Positions 25,973 through 42,871 are shown, counted from the first letter of the stretch. The stretch: 64,000 nucleotides of DNA from the human T2T-CHM13v2.0 reference genome, Homo sapiens (GCF_009914755.1 NC_060929.1), one strand, 5' to 3'. Program-made: numbers and translations. The notes: generated by a model not told the origin, from the sequence alone.

Positions 25973-28900
25973 ACTAGAGAAATAACTATTTTTGAAATAG
26001 TCTTATTTAGAATCTCATATTAGTCTAATGAAAGATGACGCTAAAAATACAAATTATTTAGCATTTTGTTTAAATTATAATATGCATATAAAATTACATC
26101 ATTCATAAGTGCACACATCAGCAAATCTTCCACAAAGCTAAAACACTCAGGAAATAACAAGTCACATAAAGAAAGAGAATGCTGACAGTCCCCAGAAACC
26201 TCTATTGTGTTTCCTCCCATCTATTACCTGCGCTGCAAGCTTACCATATTCTGACTTCTATTATCATTTGATTACTTCACTGGTTTTGAAATGTATATAA
26301 ATGTTTTTCACCCAGTATCATATTTTTGATTCGTGCATTTTGTTTCCTGTAAATATGGTTTGTTCATTTTTATTGACATACTTTTTTCAGTGAACAAATA
26401 TATCAAATTTACCCTCTCTTACAAATAGGCATTTTGGCATTTTTAGTTTTTGTCTATTAAAAATTTTTCTGTGAACATTTTTATTTATGTATTTTGGTTA
26501 AACGTGTGCATTTTTATTTGGTGTGTGTGTGTATATATATATGTATGTATATGCAATCTCACAATGTCAACAATTTTTTTTTCCTTTAACAATTGACTAA
26601 TTCTAAAATCTACATAGGCAAGCAAAAATCTTGGAATTGTCAAAACAATTTTGAAAAAGAAAAGCACTGTTGGAGAATTTATACTATCTGATTGAAAGAC
26701 TTGTGGAACTACAGTAATCAAGATTTATTTTATATACATTATGTAGAGAGATAGATATATAATATCTAAGATTGGAACTGCTGAATTACTTAGAATGCAT
26801 ATGTTCAGGTTTTTCATTTTCAGTTGAAAAGGCAATTATTTGTTTGTTCACTTATCTTGACTCCTTTAGTCCAAAATTTCTAGCCTTATTTCTAGACTAT
26901 TCTGCCCCATTAAGATATGCGTATTAAGAAAGACATTATGTAATAGGATATATATATATATATATATATGGCCTTTCCCTGCATCCATAGCCCAATATCT
27001 TGGTTACTGTAGTTCCATAAGTCTTAAGTTCCATAAGTCAATCAGACAGTATAAATCTTCAAATAGTGCTTTTCTGTTTCAAAATTGTTTTGACAATTCC
27101 AAGTCTTGTTTGCCTATGTAGATTTTAGAATTAATCAATTGTTAAAGAGAAAAAAAAACCTGTTGAGATTGTAAATGAGATTACATTAATTGTATTAATC
27201 AATCTGAGCAAAAATAACATCTTAAAATTGTTGAGTCATCTAAATCATAAGCATGGCATATGACGCCATGATTTTAGGTCTTCTTTAATTTCTCCCAGTG
27301 TTTTTTTATTTTGCTTTGTTTTGATTTTTTTCATGGAGCAGGCCTTGCACATATTTTGTTAAATTCTCCAAAGTATTTTGTGATTTTATTATGTTATTGT
27401 ACATATTATTCAATTTCAATTGTTTGTTGACAGTTATAGAAATACAATTTTTTCTATATTAATTTTCTGTCCTGTGACCTTGCTCTGCTTCCTTTTTAGT
27501 ACTTTTTTTTTCTAGATTCCTTTGGATTTTCTACAGTCACAATCATATCATCTACTAATGAAGAGTTGTATTACTTCCTATTCTCTATTTTATATGCATT
27601 TAATTTATCTTCTTTTCCAATTGCATTGGGTAAGTGCAATGTTGAATAAGAGTAGTGAGAGCAGATGTCCTTGTCTTGTGCCTGATCTTAGGGGGAATAT
27701 ATTCAGTTTTCTGAGCTTGCACATGATATTGGCTTTTTTCATAGCTATCATGTATCTACTTGAAAAGTTTGGTTTTCTGTTTTTTAAAACCGTTTCATTA
27801 TTAATAGGTGTTGATTTTGTCAAAGTTTATTTTTTGTCTACTGAAATTTATTTTTCCTTTTATAAAAATTGTAATGATTTTCAATGTTAAAACAACCTTG
27901 CAGCCTTGAGATGAGCCACAGTTGGTCACAGTTCATTAATCATTTGAAATATTACTGAATACTCCTCATTAGTATTTCGTTAAGTATTTTTAAATCTGTT
28001 TTCACTAACTGTATTAAGGTGTAGTTTCTTATCTTGTAATTTCTTTGTCAGGTTTTGCTACCAGGGTAATTCTGACTTCATAACATTATTTGGAAAGTGG
28101 TCCCTCTTCCAGTATTTTCCAAGTTTATGTAGAGTTGGTATTATTTCTTTAACTGTGTCACAGAATTTACCATGAAATCAATTGAGTAAGATAATTTTTT
28201 TCTAGGGAGATTTTTAATTGTGAAATTTATAACTTTTCTCTCTGTGTGTATATAGGGATATATAGGAATATTTAGATTTTCTATTCTTGAGTTAGTTTTA
28301 ATAATTTTTTCCCTCAAATTTATTGGCATAAAATTATTTCTAACATTTTCTAGTTGTCCTTTCAGGATCTATGCTTATGTCCCCTCAATTATTCTGATAT
28401 TGGTGACTTGCTTCATGTCTCTTTCTTTCCTGATAAATCTGGTTGAGTTTCATTAATGTCACTGATTTCAAAACAAGAGCCTTTTGTTTTATTGATTTCC
28501 TCTATTGCTTGAGTACTTTATATTTTATGGATTTCTGCTCTGGTCTATTATTTTAGTTATCCTTTGGCTTACAGTCGATTTTGTTAGCACTTCTTTTCCT
28601 AGAATCTTATTGTGCATGATTAGGTTCTTGACTGTTGAACTTTTTAAATCTAACATATGCATTAAAAATATGTAATTTCCTCTAAGTCTTACTTAAGTGA
28701 CATATTACCAATTTTGATATGTTGGGTTGTTTATGGTTACTGAGTTCCAAAAATTTTTTAATATATACTGTAATTTTTCATAATCTCATGTTAATGCAAA
28801 ATATGTTATCTAAGATTTAAATATTTGTTTTATTCCCATGCTTTTATTATTGATTTTTAATTCCAGTATAGTCAGAGATTGGTATTATTTAGATCCTTTT

Positions 28901-29055
28901 AAAACTGTTGAAATTTATTTTCATGGTTCACAATATGGTTTATTATAAAGAGCATGTATTCTGCTGTTTGTACGTTTTGAATAAATGTCAATTAAGTTCA
29001 CACCAGTTGATTGTGTTGTTCAGGTCTTCTGTTATACTTTCAGTAAATTTGCTGA

Positions 29056-29458
<403 letters not shown>

Positions 29459-29723
29459 TGTTTCATGTAATTTCAATCTATTTTAGTGTTTGTACATCTG
29501 TTTATGATTATTTTTCACGAAAAACTGACCCTTTAATAATTGTATAATATCCCTCTTCATCTCTCTAAACACTTTTTTTCTAAAATCTACTTTTTCTTAA
29601 ATACAGCGACTGTACTAGTTACGGTTAGTGTTTTTATAGTATGTCTCTATTACTCTGTTATTTAACCTACTTGTTTTTTATATTTAAAGTGAGTTTCTTA
29701 TACACAGTATGCAATTGTCTTGA

Positions 29724-30052
<329 letters not shown>

Positions 30053-30078
30053 TATTTTTTATTTTATTCTATTCTATT

Positions 30079-30117
<39 letters not shown>

Positions 30118-30400
30118 TTTGTCGGAGTCTCGATCTCTAGCCCAAGCTGGAGTGCAATGGCACCATCTCGGCTCACTGTAACCTCTGCCTCCCAGGTTCA
30201 AGTGATTCTTCTGCCTGAGCCTCCCCAGTAGCTGGGATTACAGGCACCTGCCATCATGTCCGGCTAATTTTTGTACTTTTGTAGAGACGGGGTTTCACCA
30301 CGTTGGCCAGGCTGGCCTGAAAACTCCTGACCTTAGGTGATCTGCCTGCCTGGGCCTCCCAAAGTGCTGGGATTACAGGCATGAGCCACCTCACCTGGCC
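30053..30400 (-). mobile_element. AluS (Sx-like) with (TTTA)n tail
   Basis: Full two-arm Alu. Outer duplication GTCTTGATTTTTT at 29717-29729 and 30404-30416. Confidence 0.93.
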
Positions 30401-31537
30401 TGAGTCTTGATTTTTTGAGTGGTCTGCGAATGTACGTTTTTTAGTTGGAGTGTTTAGTTTAGTGTTAAAATTGCATTTACATTAAATGCAATTTTCAATG
30501 GTGTTGAAATCCACCATTATAGCATCTGTTTTCTCCCTTCCCATCTGACGCTGTTCACTTTCACCTCCATCTTCTTGGATCGAAGATATTTTAAATAATT
30601 CAATTTATATTCACAATTAAATTACTGAGTATACACTTTTATTCTTAAGTGCTTTTCTAGTGCTTATGATACACATCTTAAATTTATCTCATTATAACCC
30701 CAGATATTGTATCAACATGCTTAAAATGAGGGAAATTACAACAATACATTTACACTTACCCCCTCCAATTTTTGTGCTTTTTGTGCTGTTACAGCCACAA
30801 ATTTTAATTTTTCAAATATTATAAGCATCACAGTACATTATTTTGTTGTTTGTAGTGCTATTTGTTTTAGTTCATAATCTTTTAAAGATATTTTAACATG
30901 AGCATTAAATTATTTTATATTTAGAAACTTTTTTGTTTTTTGTTCAGTGCTTTGCATAGATCTGAGTTTCTATTTGTTATCATTTTCTTCTGCTTCAAAA
31001 ATTTCTAAAACATCTATTGTATCGATCTGCTGATGACAAATTTAATTAGGTTGTCTGAAAATGTGTTTATTTTTTCATTGAATTCTAGATTTGAAGATTT
31101 AGCTCCTTATTTGCCACCTTAAAGTCATGTCATTGCCTTTATGGCATTCATAGTTTCAGACAAGCTATATATTGTAATTCTTAACTTATTTCTGTGAAGG
31201 TAGCAAGTATTCCTTGCCTTCCTTTTGATTTCTTTTTATTTTCTTATCTGGTTTTCAGTTACTTAACCATGATATGACATGATGTGATTATCTTTGAAGG
31301 AATAACTTTAAAATTTTTAAATTAAAAATATATATCTATGCATTCAAAAAGCTAAATATTAAACTACTTGATATTATAGCAGACTATCCTAGAGCTCTTT
31401 TTATTTTTTAACCTTTATATTTATCTCTGTGATTTTTTTGTTTAGTTGAACATTGCTATGTCTTCAAGTTCACTGATCATTTTTACAGGTTTCTAGTATG
31501 ATGATAATAAATTATGTATTATTTTTAAATATTAGCT

Positions 31538-32022
31538 ATTGCTATTCACAATTGCAAACACATGGAATCAACACAAATGCTCATCAATGATAGCCTGGAT
31601 AAAGAAAATGTGGTACATATACACCATGGAATACTATGCAACCATAAAAAGCAATGAGATCATGTCCTTTACAGGGACACGGATGGAATTGGAAGCCATT
31701 ATCCTCAGCAAACTCATGCAGGAACAGAAAACCAAACACCACATGTTTTCACTTATAAGCGGGAGCTGAATAAGAGCTGAATAAGGAGAACACATGGACA
31801 CAGGGAGTGGAACAACACACACTGGGGCCTGTTGGGTGATGGAGTTGGTCAGGAGAGAGCATTAGGAAAAATAGCTAATGCATGCTGAGCTTAATACCTA
31901 GATGATGGGTTGATAGGTGCAGCAAACCATCCTGGCACACGTTCATCTATGTAACAAACCTGCACATCCTGCACATGTACCTGGCACTTAAAATTAAAAT
32001 TAATAAAAAAAGAAAAAAGAAA
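31538..32022 (+). mobile_element. Older L1PA (PA11-13-like) 3' fragment
   Basis: ORF2 end (FSLISGS stop). 3'UTR GGAAAAATAGCTAATGCATGCTGAGCTTAATACCTAG. Internal 11-bp tandem duplication GAGCTGAATAA. Confidence 0.92.
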
Positions 32023-32039
32023 GATGGGTGGGAGCATAA

Positions 32040-32118
32040 ACTGAAGAATTCAAGCAGCCTTTACAAACTATAAAATGCAAGGAAATGGTTCCTACTTAAA
32101 GCCTCAAGAAAAGAAGGA
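32040..32118 (+). mobile_element. MLT1 LTR fragment
   Basis: GCAGCCTTTACAAACT...GCAAGGAAATGGTTCC...AAGCCTCAAGAAAAGAA resembles the MLT1C/D core. Confidence 0.55.
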
Positions 32119-32196
32119 ATACTTATTCATTTCTTCCTGCAATTTTAAGCTAATACATAGCATCATTTTCCTTTTACAGAAAATATTTTCTTTATA

Positions 32197-32437
32197 CAGT
32201 CATCCTTCAGTGTATGTGGGGAACTGGTTCCAAGTACCCTGGATATACCAAAATGCACACCCACTCAAGTCCCACAGTTGACCCTGCAGAACTCACATAT
32301 ATAAAAGGTCGGCCCTCCGTATATGCAGGTTCATAAATACTATATTTTGTACATATACTATACTGCATTTGATTGAAAAAAACACACATGTAAGTGGACC
32401 CATGCAGCTCAAACCTATGTTATTCAAGACTCAACTG
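32197..32437 (+). mobile_element. MER8-like TcMar-Tigger MITE, full length
   Basis: CAGT...ACTG termini with TA on both sides. Internal CTCAAGTCCCACAGTTGACCCTGCAGAAC and GTAAGTGGACCCATGCAGCTCAAACC. Confidence 0.85.
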
Positions 32438-32589
32438 TAGTAGATATGCTGATCACAGGTTTTCTTTGTTTTTCTATGACTAAAAATGTCTATTTTACAT
32501 TCAGTTTTGAATTATGCAATAATAAATTATGAAGGTCTAGCTTAATCATTATTTTCTTATAGCTGTTTGAGGATATCACTTTGATGTCA

Positions 32590-32988
32590 TGGTAGAAAAA
32601 TTGGTGTGCCACCCAAATACTCCCATCAAGAAAGAACTTGTCTTTGTTATCAGCAGACATTCTCCAGCTGTCAGTAACTTCATGATTTGCCTCCAGTACA
32701 CATAGCTGTCTTTTCAAAATGTGCTGTTTTCGGTCAACTGATAACCAAGGATTGCAGTGGAAATATAAAGACACAGCGCATTAATTGGCCCAACATGGGC
32801 TAAATCATAGAGGCCACAGATTTCCATGAGATTAGCCAAGACTTTGCTGTATCTTCATCATAAATTTTCAGTTTTCACTCAAAATCCTACCTCTTTCCTG
32901 CTTTATGCTGCAGGTGTTAATCACTAATAAATATCCTGTATGCTAAACCTTGTCTCAGCATCTTCTCTAGAAAACCCAAACTGGGACA
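32590..32988 (+). mobile_element. ERVL 5' LTR (LTR16C-like)
   Basis: CAGCTGTCAG and TATAAAG. Ends CAGGTGTTAATCACTAATAAATATCCTGTATGCTAA...AACCCAAACTGGGACA, then PBS-region GTTGGT. Confidence 0.75.
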
Positions 32989-33420
32989 GTTGGTATCAAA
33001 ACTGATTTGAAAAAGCATATGATGAAATAAGAATGTGGAAACTGATTACTCACTGCATACCTAGACATAAGTTATCTGTCACTGATTTTAAGTGGAACAC
33101 AGACCCAGTGATAGTCCAGTTGTTAAAATTCTGGGAAAAAGAAATACAATAGAATGTGTGATGTAGCTGGCATTTGAGATACACAGAGGGAATAATAACC
33201 AACAAGTTTCATTATTTTTCAGTTACTAAGCACCACTGGAATCCTAAAAGAGAAAATGAAAACCGCAAGTGATTAACAGGCAGGTAAAAGCCAAGAGTGG
33301 AAATCAGATAACCTCTTTTGTGATTCACTCCTGCTTAGCTTTTACTTGCAGCAGCAGGACAGAGAAAGCTGGGAACCAGGATGAGGCCCAGTGGCTGGGC
33401 TCAAAATTGTAGCCCCTACT
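32989..33420 (+). mobile_element. ERVL (HERV16-like) internal 5' leader/gag remnant
   Basis: GTTGGTATCAAAACTGATTTGAAAAAGCA directly follows the LTR, as in the HERV16-type leader. Confidence 0.6.
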
Positions 33421-33479
33421 GCCTGTAGTTGATATCAGAGCCTCAACTGATACTAATTTTTCTTTCATCCACTTTTTAG

Positions 33480-34900
33480 TTACATTACTTTAGCACTACA
33501 TCTGCTGGCTGCAGTGGCTCTCCTGGAGACCAGTATCTCTGAAGGTTCTGAGTTCCTGTCTTCATGTCTTCACTCTCAGGCTGGGGTTGCTTCTCTTGCC
33601 CACTTACCATCACAATTGGACAAGGGAACCCAAAAAAGTCTAAATGGATTACTAGGATTTTGCACAAATTTCTCCCCGGCCCCATTCCCTGTAACATGGG
33701 TACCTCCTCATGAAGATCACTGTAACATAGTCCTGTCAGCCAGATTGGTTACTTTTTTTTGTTGTTGTTGTTTTGTTTTGTTTTTTGACTGCTGGTCTCT
33801 GATCCAAAAGCAAGAAAAGGGCAACGGCAGTTGCTACATCTTATAATTCACTGGGAGTCCTACTATGATTATGGCAACAGTATGTACATGTGTGTACTTG
33901 CACTTTTAACCACTTAGAAGCTATAATTTTGGGAAAGAGGAGTATACATTTTCCCAGTGGATCAATGGGTGATGGATAGTAGGGCCACTGCATCTTCCTA
34001 CCCTTGGCTTTGAGATCTAAATATTAATATTCTTCTCTTTTGATAATAGTATCATCTAAGGGTTGTTGACTTGACGCATATTCTTTATTCTGGAGAATGG
34101 GAGTCCATTCCCATAGAATATCATCTTGAAGCCAGTGCTTGAACTGATCCAATACTATATCAGGCTGACAGCTTTTCAGTGGTGTGACATGTGATATTTC
34201 TAGTAGGTTCCATGATTACGGTCCCACTCCCATACCCCCTTTGTTGTAAAGTGGGATTTCATTCTTAAAATATGTTATGTGATACCACGTTCTTACAGAT
34301 CAAACATTCCATACTTTCTTAGTTAGCGGTGCTGCCTCAGGCCACATAGGTAGAAAAGACAATCCCCATATTTAGAATATGCTTTTTTTTCTGTCTGATT
34401 AGAACAAATTACAGAATTAATTACGTGGAAACAGGCCAACGTAATCAATTTTCTGTTGTGTAGTCCATTGGTGTCCTCAAGGAATGGTGCCATATTGGGA
34501 AATCAGTTCAAGTCTCCACTGCTGGCAGTTTGGATATTTTGTGATAGCAATAGCTACATCAACCTTCTGCCACTGGGCCCATACATAGCCTCTCTTCTTT
34601 ACTTATGGTCATTCTTTTCATATGTCCATCATGCCAGCATTGGTGTAGGTGTTCCTTGAGGCTGGCTGATGTAAACTGGCTGATTCATTATGTCTACTTG
34701 GTGGATTAGTGTCTCATCATGGGTATTCTTTGCTAGGCATTAACATAGGATACAAAGACCTTCAGGTTTTGTTTTACATCCATCCACATTTCCTCTACCA
34801 CAGAGCACTTTCCCCAATCTTTTAATAATTCTTTCAGACTCTTGATACATCTAGCATAGCAGCTAAAATTGAGCCTACTACTTGGGTGAGTTGGGTTTTA
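33480..34900 (-). mobile_element. ERVL pol (RNase H/integrase) and downstream internal remnant, inverted relative to the LTRs
   Basis: The minus strand gives degenerate ERVL pol motifs (GRGNVW/MWMD, VFVSYVNA, QVD, CQQ, YGTIP, IDYVG) and 3'-internal PCPIV...QPQP...QPADVV (ORF 33485-33697). Confidence 0.75.
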
Positions 34901-35280
34901 CTGTCATCCTTCACCTGAATCTGCAAGGCTTAGAGTGGTGAGTTAAAAATGGCAAATACCCCCACTACTACAGCATTTTGATCTGTGAAGGCAAGGCAAC
35001 AACTTTTGCCATCTACCCAAAGGTACAATATGGGTAGATTGCAAGAGTTGTTACCTTTGTAACATTGTTTTTATTATGTTAACTAGGGTGACAATGTCAA
35101 AACTTCCTCTTTGTCTTTCTTAGTATCATATCCCTTAACATACAGGTCAGGAACCCAACTCTGGTTGCATCTACTGCTGCTCTTCAAACATTCCTCCAGG
35201 AACAGAGGATAACCAGAATTCTGAAGAAGCTACTTGCAAAATGTATGTGAAAACTGAATTTGAGCAGAACAAGGATATAT

Positions 35281-35687
35281 TGTTAGGAAAATAAGGCTAG
35301 ATACCAATACCTACTTCAAGGGAGGACTCATTATCTCAGCTGCCAGAAGACAGCTTCTAGCTGTCTGAAACATCAGAGTTGATTCAGCTACAGAGGACCA
35401 CTTCACCTAAGGGCCTTCCTTTCCTGCAGCAGCCCATATTCCATGAACAATTGCAGTAAGGAACAGAAAGATCCAGCTATTATGGCAGGACAACTCTCAT
35501 GGGCCATATATTCTCCCAAATTCCAGTGGGGTTGGCTGAAGCATTTTTAGGGTAGCATTACAGCGTAACTTCTCCCTCTGCCCACTCCGTCTTTCATTTC
35601 TATGATATAGGTATGTATTCTTAGTAAATATCGTGTACACCAAACTCTCTTTCACTGTCTGCTTCAGTTGAACCCAAACTTGGACAA
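35281..35687 (+). mobile_element. ERVL 3' LTR (LTR16C-like)
   Basis: GGACAACTCTCATGGGCCAT, GTGGGGTTGGCTGAAGC and AACTTCTCCCTCTGCCCA. Ends GTCTGCTTC...GAACCCAAACTTGGACA, preceded by +-strand 3'-internal sequence (~35170-35280). Confidence 0.8.
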
Positions 35688-35689
35688 TT

Positions 35690-38150
<2,461 letters not shown>

Positions 38151-40739
38151 GGTAGTCTTTAGAGACTAATGGGAAAGGCTTGTGATTTCTTTCTAGTGGG
38201 TTTTCTCAACAGCACTCTGAGAAGGTTCTCAGTGAATGTCTGTTATTATTGTTGTTCCTTGCTTTAAGAAATTGTTGGGTCAATATGGCCATGATGACCA
38301 CTTATTTTGTTAATTAAGAATAATGTCTAGTGTGCAGTATTGCATGCTGTGCTTTCAAGGTCACAGAAATACAGCCTTCAAAATAAAATCTAAGAAAATA
38401 TAGAAAGAAGAACTTAGCATGGAATTCATGTCATGCATTAGAAGGAATTTATTCTCAATCAATTTAGGAAACATGACTTGCCATGAAAACACAGACTAAA
38501 AAATACAAATTAATTAATTATCTATTAAGTGTTAGTCAATACACTAAAAAATGTTCCCCAGAGAACTGTTCCTTGTGGTGGATCTGGATTTGTTCATACT
38601 GAACAAAGGCACTTAAACTTGGTCTGAATTTTTAGGTCCTTTTCACACCTTACATGGCCTACTTTGTAAGACACCATTCATTCATGGGTTTGTTCCTTGA
38701 ATACACATTTATTTAACACATAACTTATTTCAGTCACTTTGAAAGACATTAAATATAAAGACTGTATGTAATAAATGCAGAGCTTGCTCAAAAGGAGTGT
38801 TTAACACAATGGACATTGTTATCAGTTCAATGAAAGAGGTATTAAGTGTTATTTTATGCTGCAAAAGCATGTGAGCCATCACATATATAGAAGTGAAAAG
38901 AAAAGCAGATAATCTTTCTATTTTAGGTATTAAAAGGTCATTGATTTTTGGGGGGTTGCATACACTAGACACTCAATATATGTTTTAATAACTCACTACA
39001 ATTTTCCAACTAGTGCTATGATACACAACCATGTTTAAATCTTTAGTTCTAACAAAACAAGTGGAGTGTAGGTTACATGCCTTGCCTGCTTTAATTATTT
39101 TTTCTTTCCAACATTCACATAGTACATTGACATCACTGTGGATTCTCATAAATTTTAAAACTATGGCTGTACTGCAAATTTGGATCACAAACTCCTCCAA
39201 GAAACACTTAAATAGCTTTCTAATTATATAGAAATTATACACAACTTGTATTATTGCATGATTTTCCTTGACCTGTAATGTTTGAAAGTAGGCGTGAATT
39301 GAAATTCTGGGAAAAACATATTCTTTAACTTCAAAGTCCTTCAGGTATGCCTACAGCAGCCCTTCACTCCAGGGACTCTATTGAAAGATTGCATGGGCAA
39401 TGGAACTGTCAGGAATGTTTGTCTCCTTTAAGCAAAGTTTTGGATTCTATTCACTTGACACATGAACCAAGTAGGTAGAGATCAATCCAGTTGCATCTGA
39501 ACCACTGGAAGTCTCATTAAATGATACCATTTACTAACCACCTTCTGCCCCATGTTCTACTAACCTAGGGGGATTTCAGAAACATTGCCAAGGTCTCTTC
39601 TGTCTAAAAAAGGGAGGGGGGCAGTTATAATTCAGCAGCTTGGGTAGCTTCTTCTTTCATTGTGTGTAATTTATAAAGCCAGACAGTTGATATTTATTGT
39701 CTATATTGTGGCTAAACAACAATAAATAGCTTTTCTGAATTACTAATGTCCTTTTCCAGTCCATGCATTATAATACTCAGGGGTCTGTGTTGTTTTATCA
39801 AAAGGCAATAAAGATGAGAAGCAGAATCCACTAGCCTCTGCCCCTACCCCGCTAATATGTTGACTTACCTCTGAGTGCTTGTAGACTCTAGCACCCATCA
39901 TAGGCCAGATATTATGCTGGGCTATGGGAACACAAAGTTGAGTAATACATACTACGGCTTTCAGGTGTGACCCATCTACTGATGGCCTTCCACTGATAGA
40001 CTCCTTCCAGGAGTTTGCCTCTATCTCCGCCACATTTTTTCATCGAAGATTTAGAGTGCTTCAAATTTTAAGTATTGTATTTAAATCCTTGGGACTGATG
40101 GAAAAGTATTTTTCAAGACTATTTATGTTGTTTTAGATAGAACAAGATAGAATAATCTTGCAAGTGTCTGATATAAAAGAGTTTGAGGTCACTGCACCTA
40201 AACATTTGTTGTTGTTGTTTTTTAAGAAACAATCATTCTTGTTGCTTAACAAGAATGATTTCTCATAATAGTGACTAGAAAATATACAAAAACAGCTTAA
40301 AAATTGAAAGCCTCTGAGTTTACAGTACCTATATGTAGCAAGATTTATTCCTATCAATCAGGAAGATGTTAAAATAAATCTAACAGCACTTCATCCTAAG
40401 GAGCAGTTAAGTCAGATCGGTTGGAAAGAGAATTTTCAGGCTAGTAACGCTCTCTACTTTTTTCAAAGGAAGAAATTCAGTGCCCAGGTATTTTTTTAAA
40501 ATTATTTGTCATCACAAAATTAATGTAAGCTTATTTACTGTAAAATCATGGTGAAAACCCTATAATTTTCCTCAATTAAATGTTTAATGTAGTAAAAGCT
40601 GTCTCAATAAAAGAGGTGATCAGTTTGTAAGGCAGCCAATGCAAATAAGAGCTTTGAACTCATTTAGGTTCCTTAACACAATGATAACTTGGGAAGCCTT
40701 AGGACTTAAAAAAAAACAAAAAAAAGAGTAGCCACAAGA

Positions 40740-41120
40740 TTGGAGAGTCAGGAAGGCATAGGGTCCCACCACAGGAACTGTATAGGTTTAACCTAAAGAA
40801 AAAGAGACTAACAAAGAGAATGGTCTTCAAACTGTTGAAAGATCAACAAATATAAAACGAAGTAGACATATATAAGCCAGCACAGGACCAACTGGTGGAA
40901 AATAACAAGGAGAAAACACTTCTGTCCTGCATGAACGTGAGTTTCCTAACAGTTGATGCAGCCCAATTATAAGATGAGCTGCCCTCTGAAAAATACAGCC
41001 TCCCACACAGTATATGCTTAAGAAAGGACTATGTGGCTATCAGTCAATAACACTGTAAGAGGGTTTCCAGCAATAACACAGGAGATAGGTTTAGGGGCCT
41101 TTCATTAGAAAGTCTATTTC
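40740..41120 (+). mobile_element. L3/CR1 LINE 3' fragment
   Basis: GTCTTCAAA, AGGACCAACTGGTGGAAAATAACA, TTTCCTAACAGTT, GAGCTGCC and CTGTAAGAGGGTTTCCAGCA occur in CR1 order. Confidence 0.65.
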
Positions 41121-42114
41121 TGCTTCCTCTCTGTGTTTCCCCTCTCTCATTTTCTCTCATTCCAAACATTTAATTTCAGGTGGCTCCACCCCAATAAAGA
41201 CAAGAGAAATAAGCATTTGGCTTAAGGTAAATGGACAAAAGAATGGTAGGAAGTATTTTTAGCACTTTGTGGAACCTCAGTCCTCTTGAGATGAGAGCCT
41301 TGGATACTTTCTTTTCCCAGAGCAGATGAAAACAACAGGCACCAATGTAGCATTTCTATTTGCTTTGCTTTAGGATAATTTATATTTCTTTAGTATAGAG
41401 GGCCTAGCACCATCATGCTTGGCTTAAAGCAAACACATTTTCCTGCATCTATACCATGGGAGTATATAGAATTTTTCCAAGAAAACTTCAAAAGAAACTC
41501 TTGAATGAATACAAACATATCTGAAATGCTATTTTTACCTCATTGCCTGAACATTGAACAATAATCAAAGCTTATGAAATTCTGCTATACTTGTGTTCAC
41601 TAATTACCTCCTCCTCTTCAATTTCTAATTTCAGTTGAAGAGTTTCAAAAATAAGAAGAAAAATAGCAGAACAGTATGAGAAGACAGATGGCTCAGCTGA
41701 TGACAAAATCCATTTGACTTTTACCACATTGGGAGATGGAGAGCTTGATTAATAGTTGGTCAGCCAATGAGACAATTTAACAAGAAAAGCTACTTGGCAA
41801 AATATGTCTTAACCAGATACAGCTATGTTATAACTGTTATAACTTAAATGTTTCTTGTGGAATCACCATTTTGCATCAGACCTCTTAAATATGCCTGTTT
41901 GAATAAGCTCAAACCAACATAAAACTGTTTCTAGCATTAAGTCCACAACGTAAGCCAATATCAATCTATTTTAACTGCATCTACTGATTAGGTAAAAAAG
42001 AAAATGCCATTGAAAACTTCTTAGTGCCTTTCCCTGAATGGCACTATAATCTATTACAATTACCAAAGAGAAAAAAGATCAAAGAACGCCTGCCTATACA
42101 AATTATTCTTAGAA

Positions 42115-42290
42115 TACTAGAACTTCAGAGTTGGAAAGAGCCTGAAACTTCTTCTAGCCAATTACCTTTATTTTACAACTGAAATTAATGAGGCGCAGAC
42201 ACATGAAGTGACTTTGCTGAGACCACACAGACTTGGAGGAAAAACTATGTGAGAACATGAATTTCTGGTCTTCTAATTCAATATGCACTA
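42115..42290 (-). mobile_element. MIR3-like SINE
   Basis: AGAGTTGGAAAGAGCCT...ATTTTACA...TGAGGCGCAGA...AAGTGACTTTGCTGAGACCACACAG. Confidence 0.7.
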
Positions 42291-42562
42291 TCTTTTTTTT
42301 TTTTCCATTTTTTACTATATGCATAGTCAGTTATCTTAGAAATGTTGTTAGGATTATTATGGCTTCTTTTTTAAAGTTGGAGAGGACATTGCCCATTAAA
42401 TTACATGTGCCTGTGCTTCAGAGTTATCCAAGATCGGAAATTGTATATCTCAAAATAAACATGTGAATAGCATTTTTAAAATGCTGTTTAATAGAACATA
42501 TCTCTTGTAAAAGCCTGGGGATAACATGATAATATCTGTTAATTTTAACTAGATTAATTTCT

Positions 42563-42871
42563 TTTTTTTTTTTTTTTTTGAGACGGAGCATTGCTCTATC
42601 GCCCAGGCTGTAGTGCAGTGGAATGATCTCGGCTCATCTGGGCTCACTGCAAGCTCCACCTCCAGGGTTGACGCCATTCTCCTACCTCAGCCTCCTGAGT
42701 AGCTAGGACTACAGGCGCCCGCCACCACGCCCAGCTAATTGTTTGTATTTTTTAGTAGAGACGGGGTTTCACCATGTTAGCCAGGATGGTCTCCATCTCC
42801 TGACTTCGTGATCCACCCGCCTCGGCCTCCCAAAGTGCTGGGATTACAGGCGTGAGCCACCGCACCCGGCC
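42563..42871 (-). mobile_element. AluY with 18-bp TSD and internal 10-bp tandem duplication
   Basis: TSD TTAACT(A/G)GATTAATTTCT at 42545-42562 and 42872-42889. Y diagnostics are present. ATCTCGGCTC ATCTGGGCTC lies at 42626-42645. Confidence 0.96.

Noticed and set aside
41180-41226. 47-bp AG...GT bracket after a long pyrimidine tract
   Set aside because: Short, contains AATAAA, and has no supporting coding signal; expected by chance.
41685-41790. Adjacent E-box motifs (CAGATG, CAGCTG), TAAT and CCAAT
   Set aside because: Short motifs occur frequently at random and there is no functional evidence.
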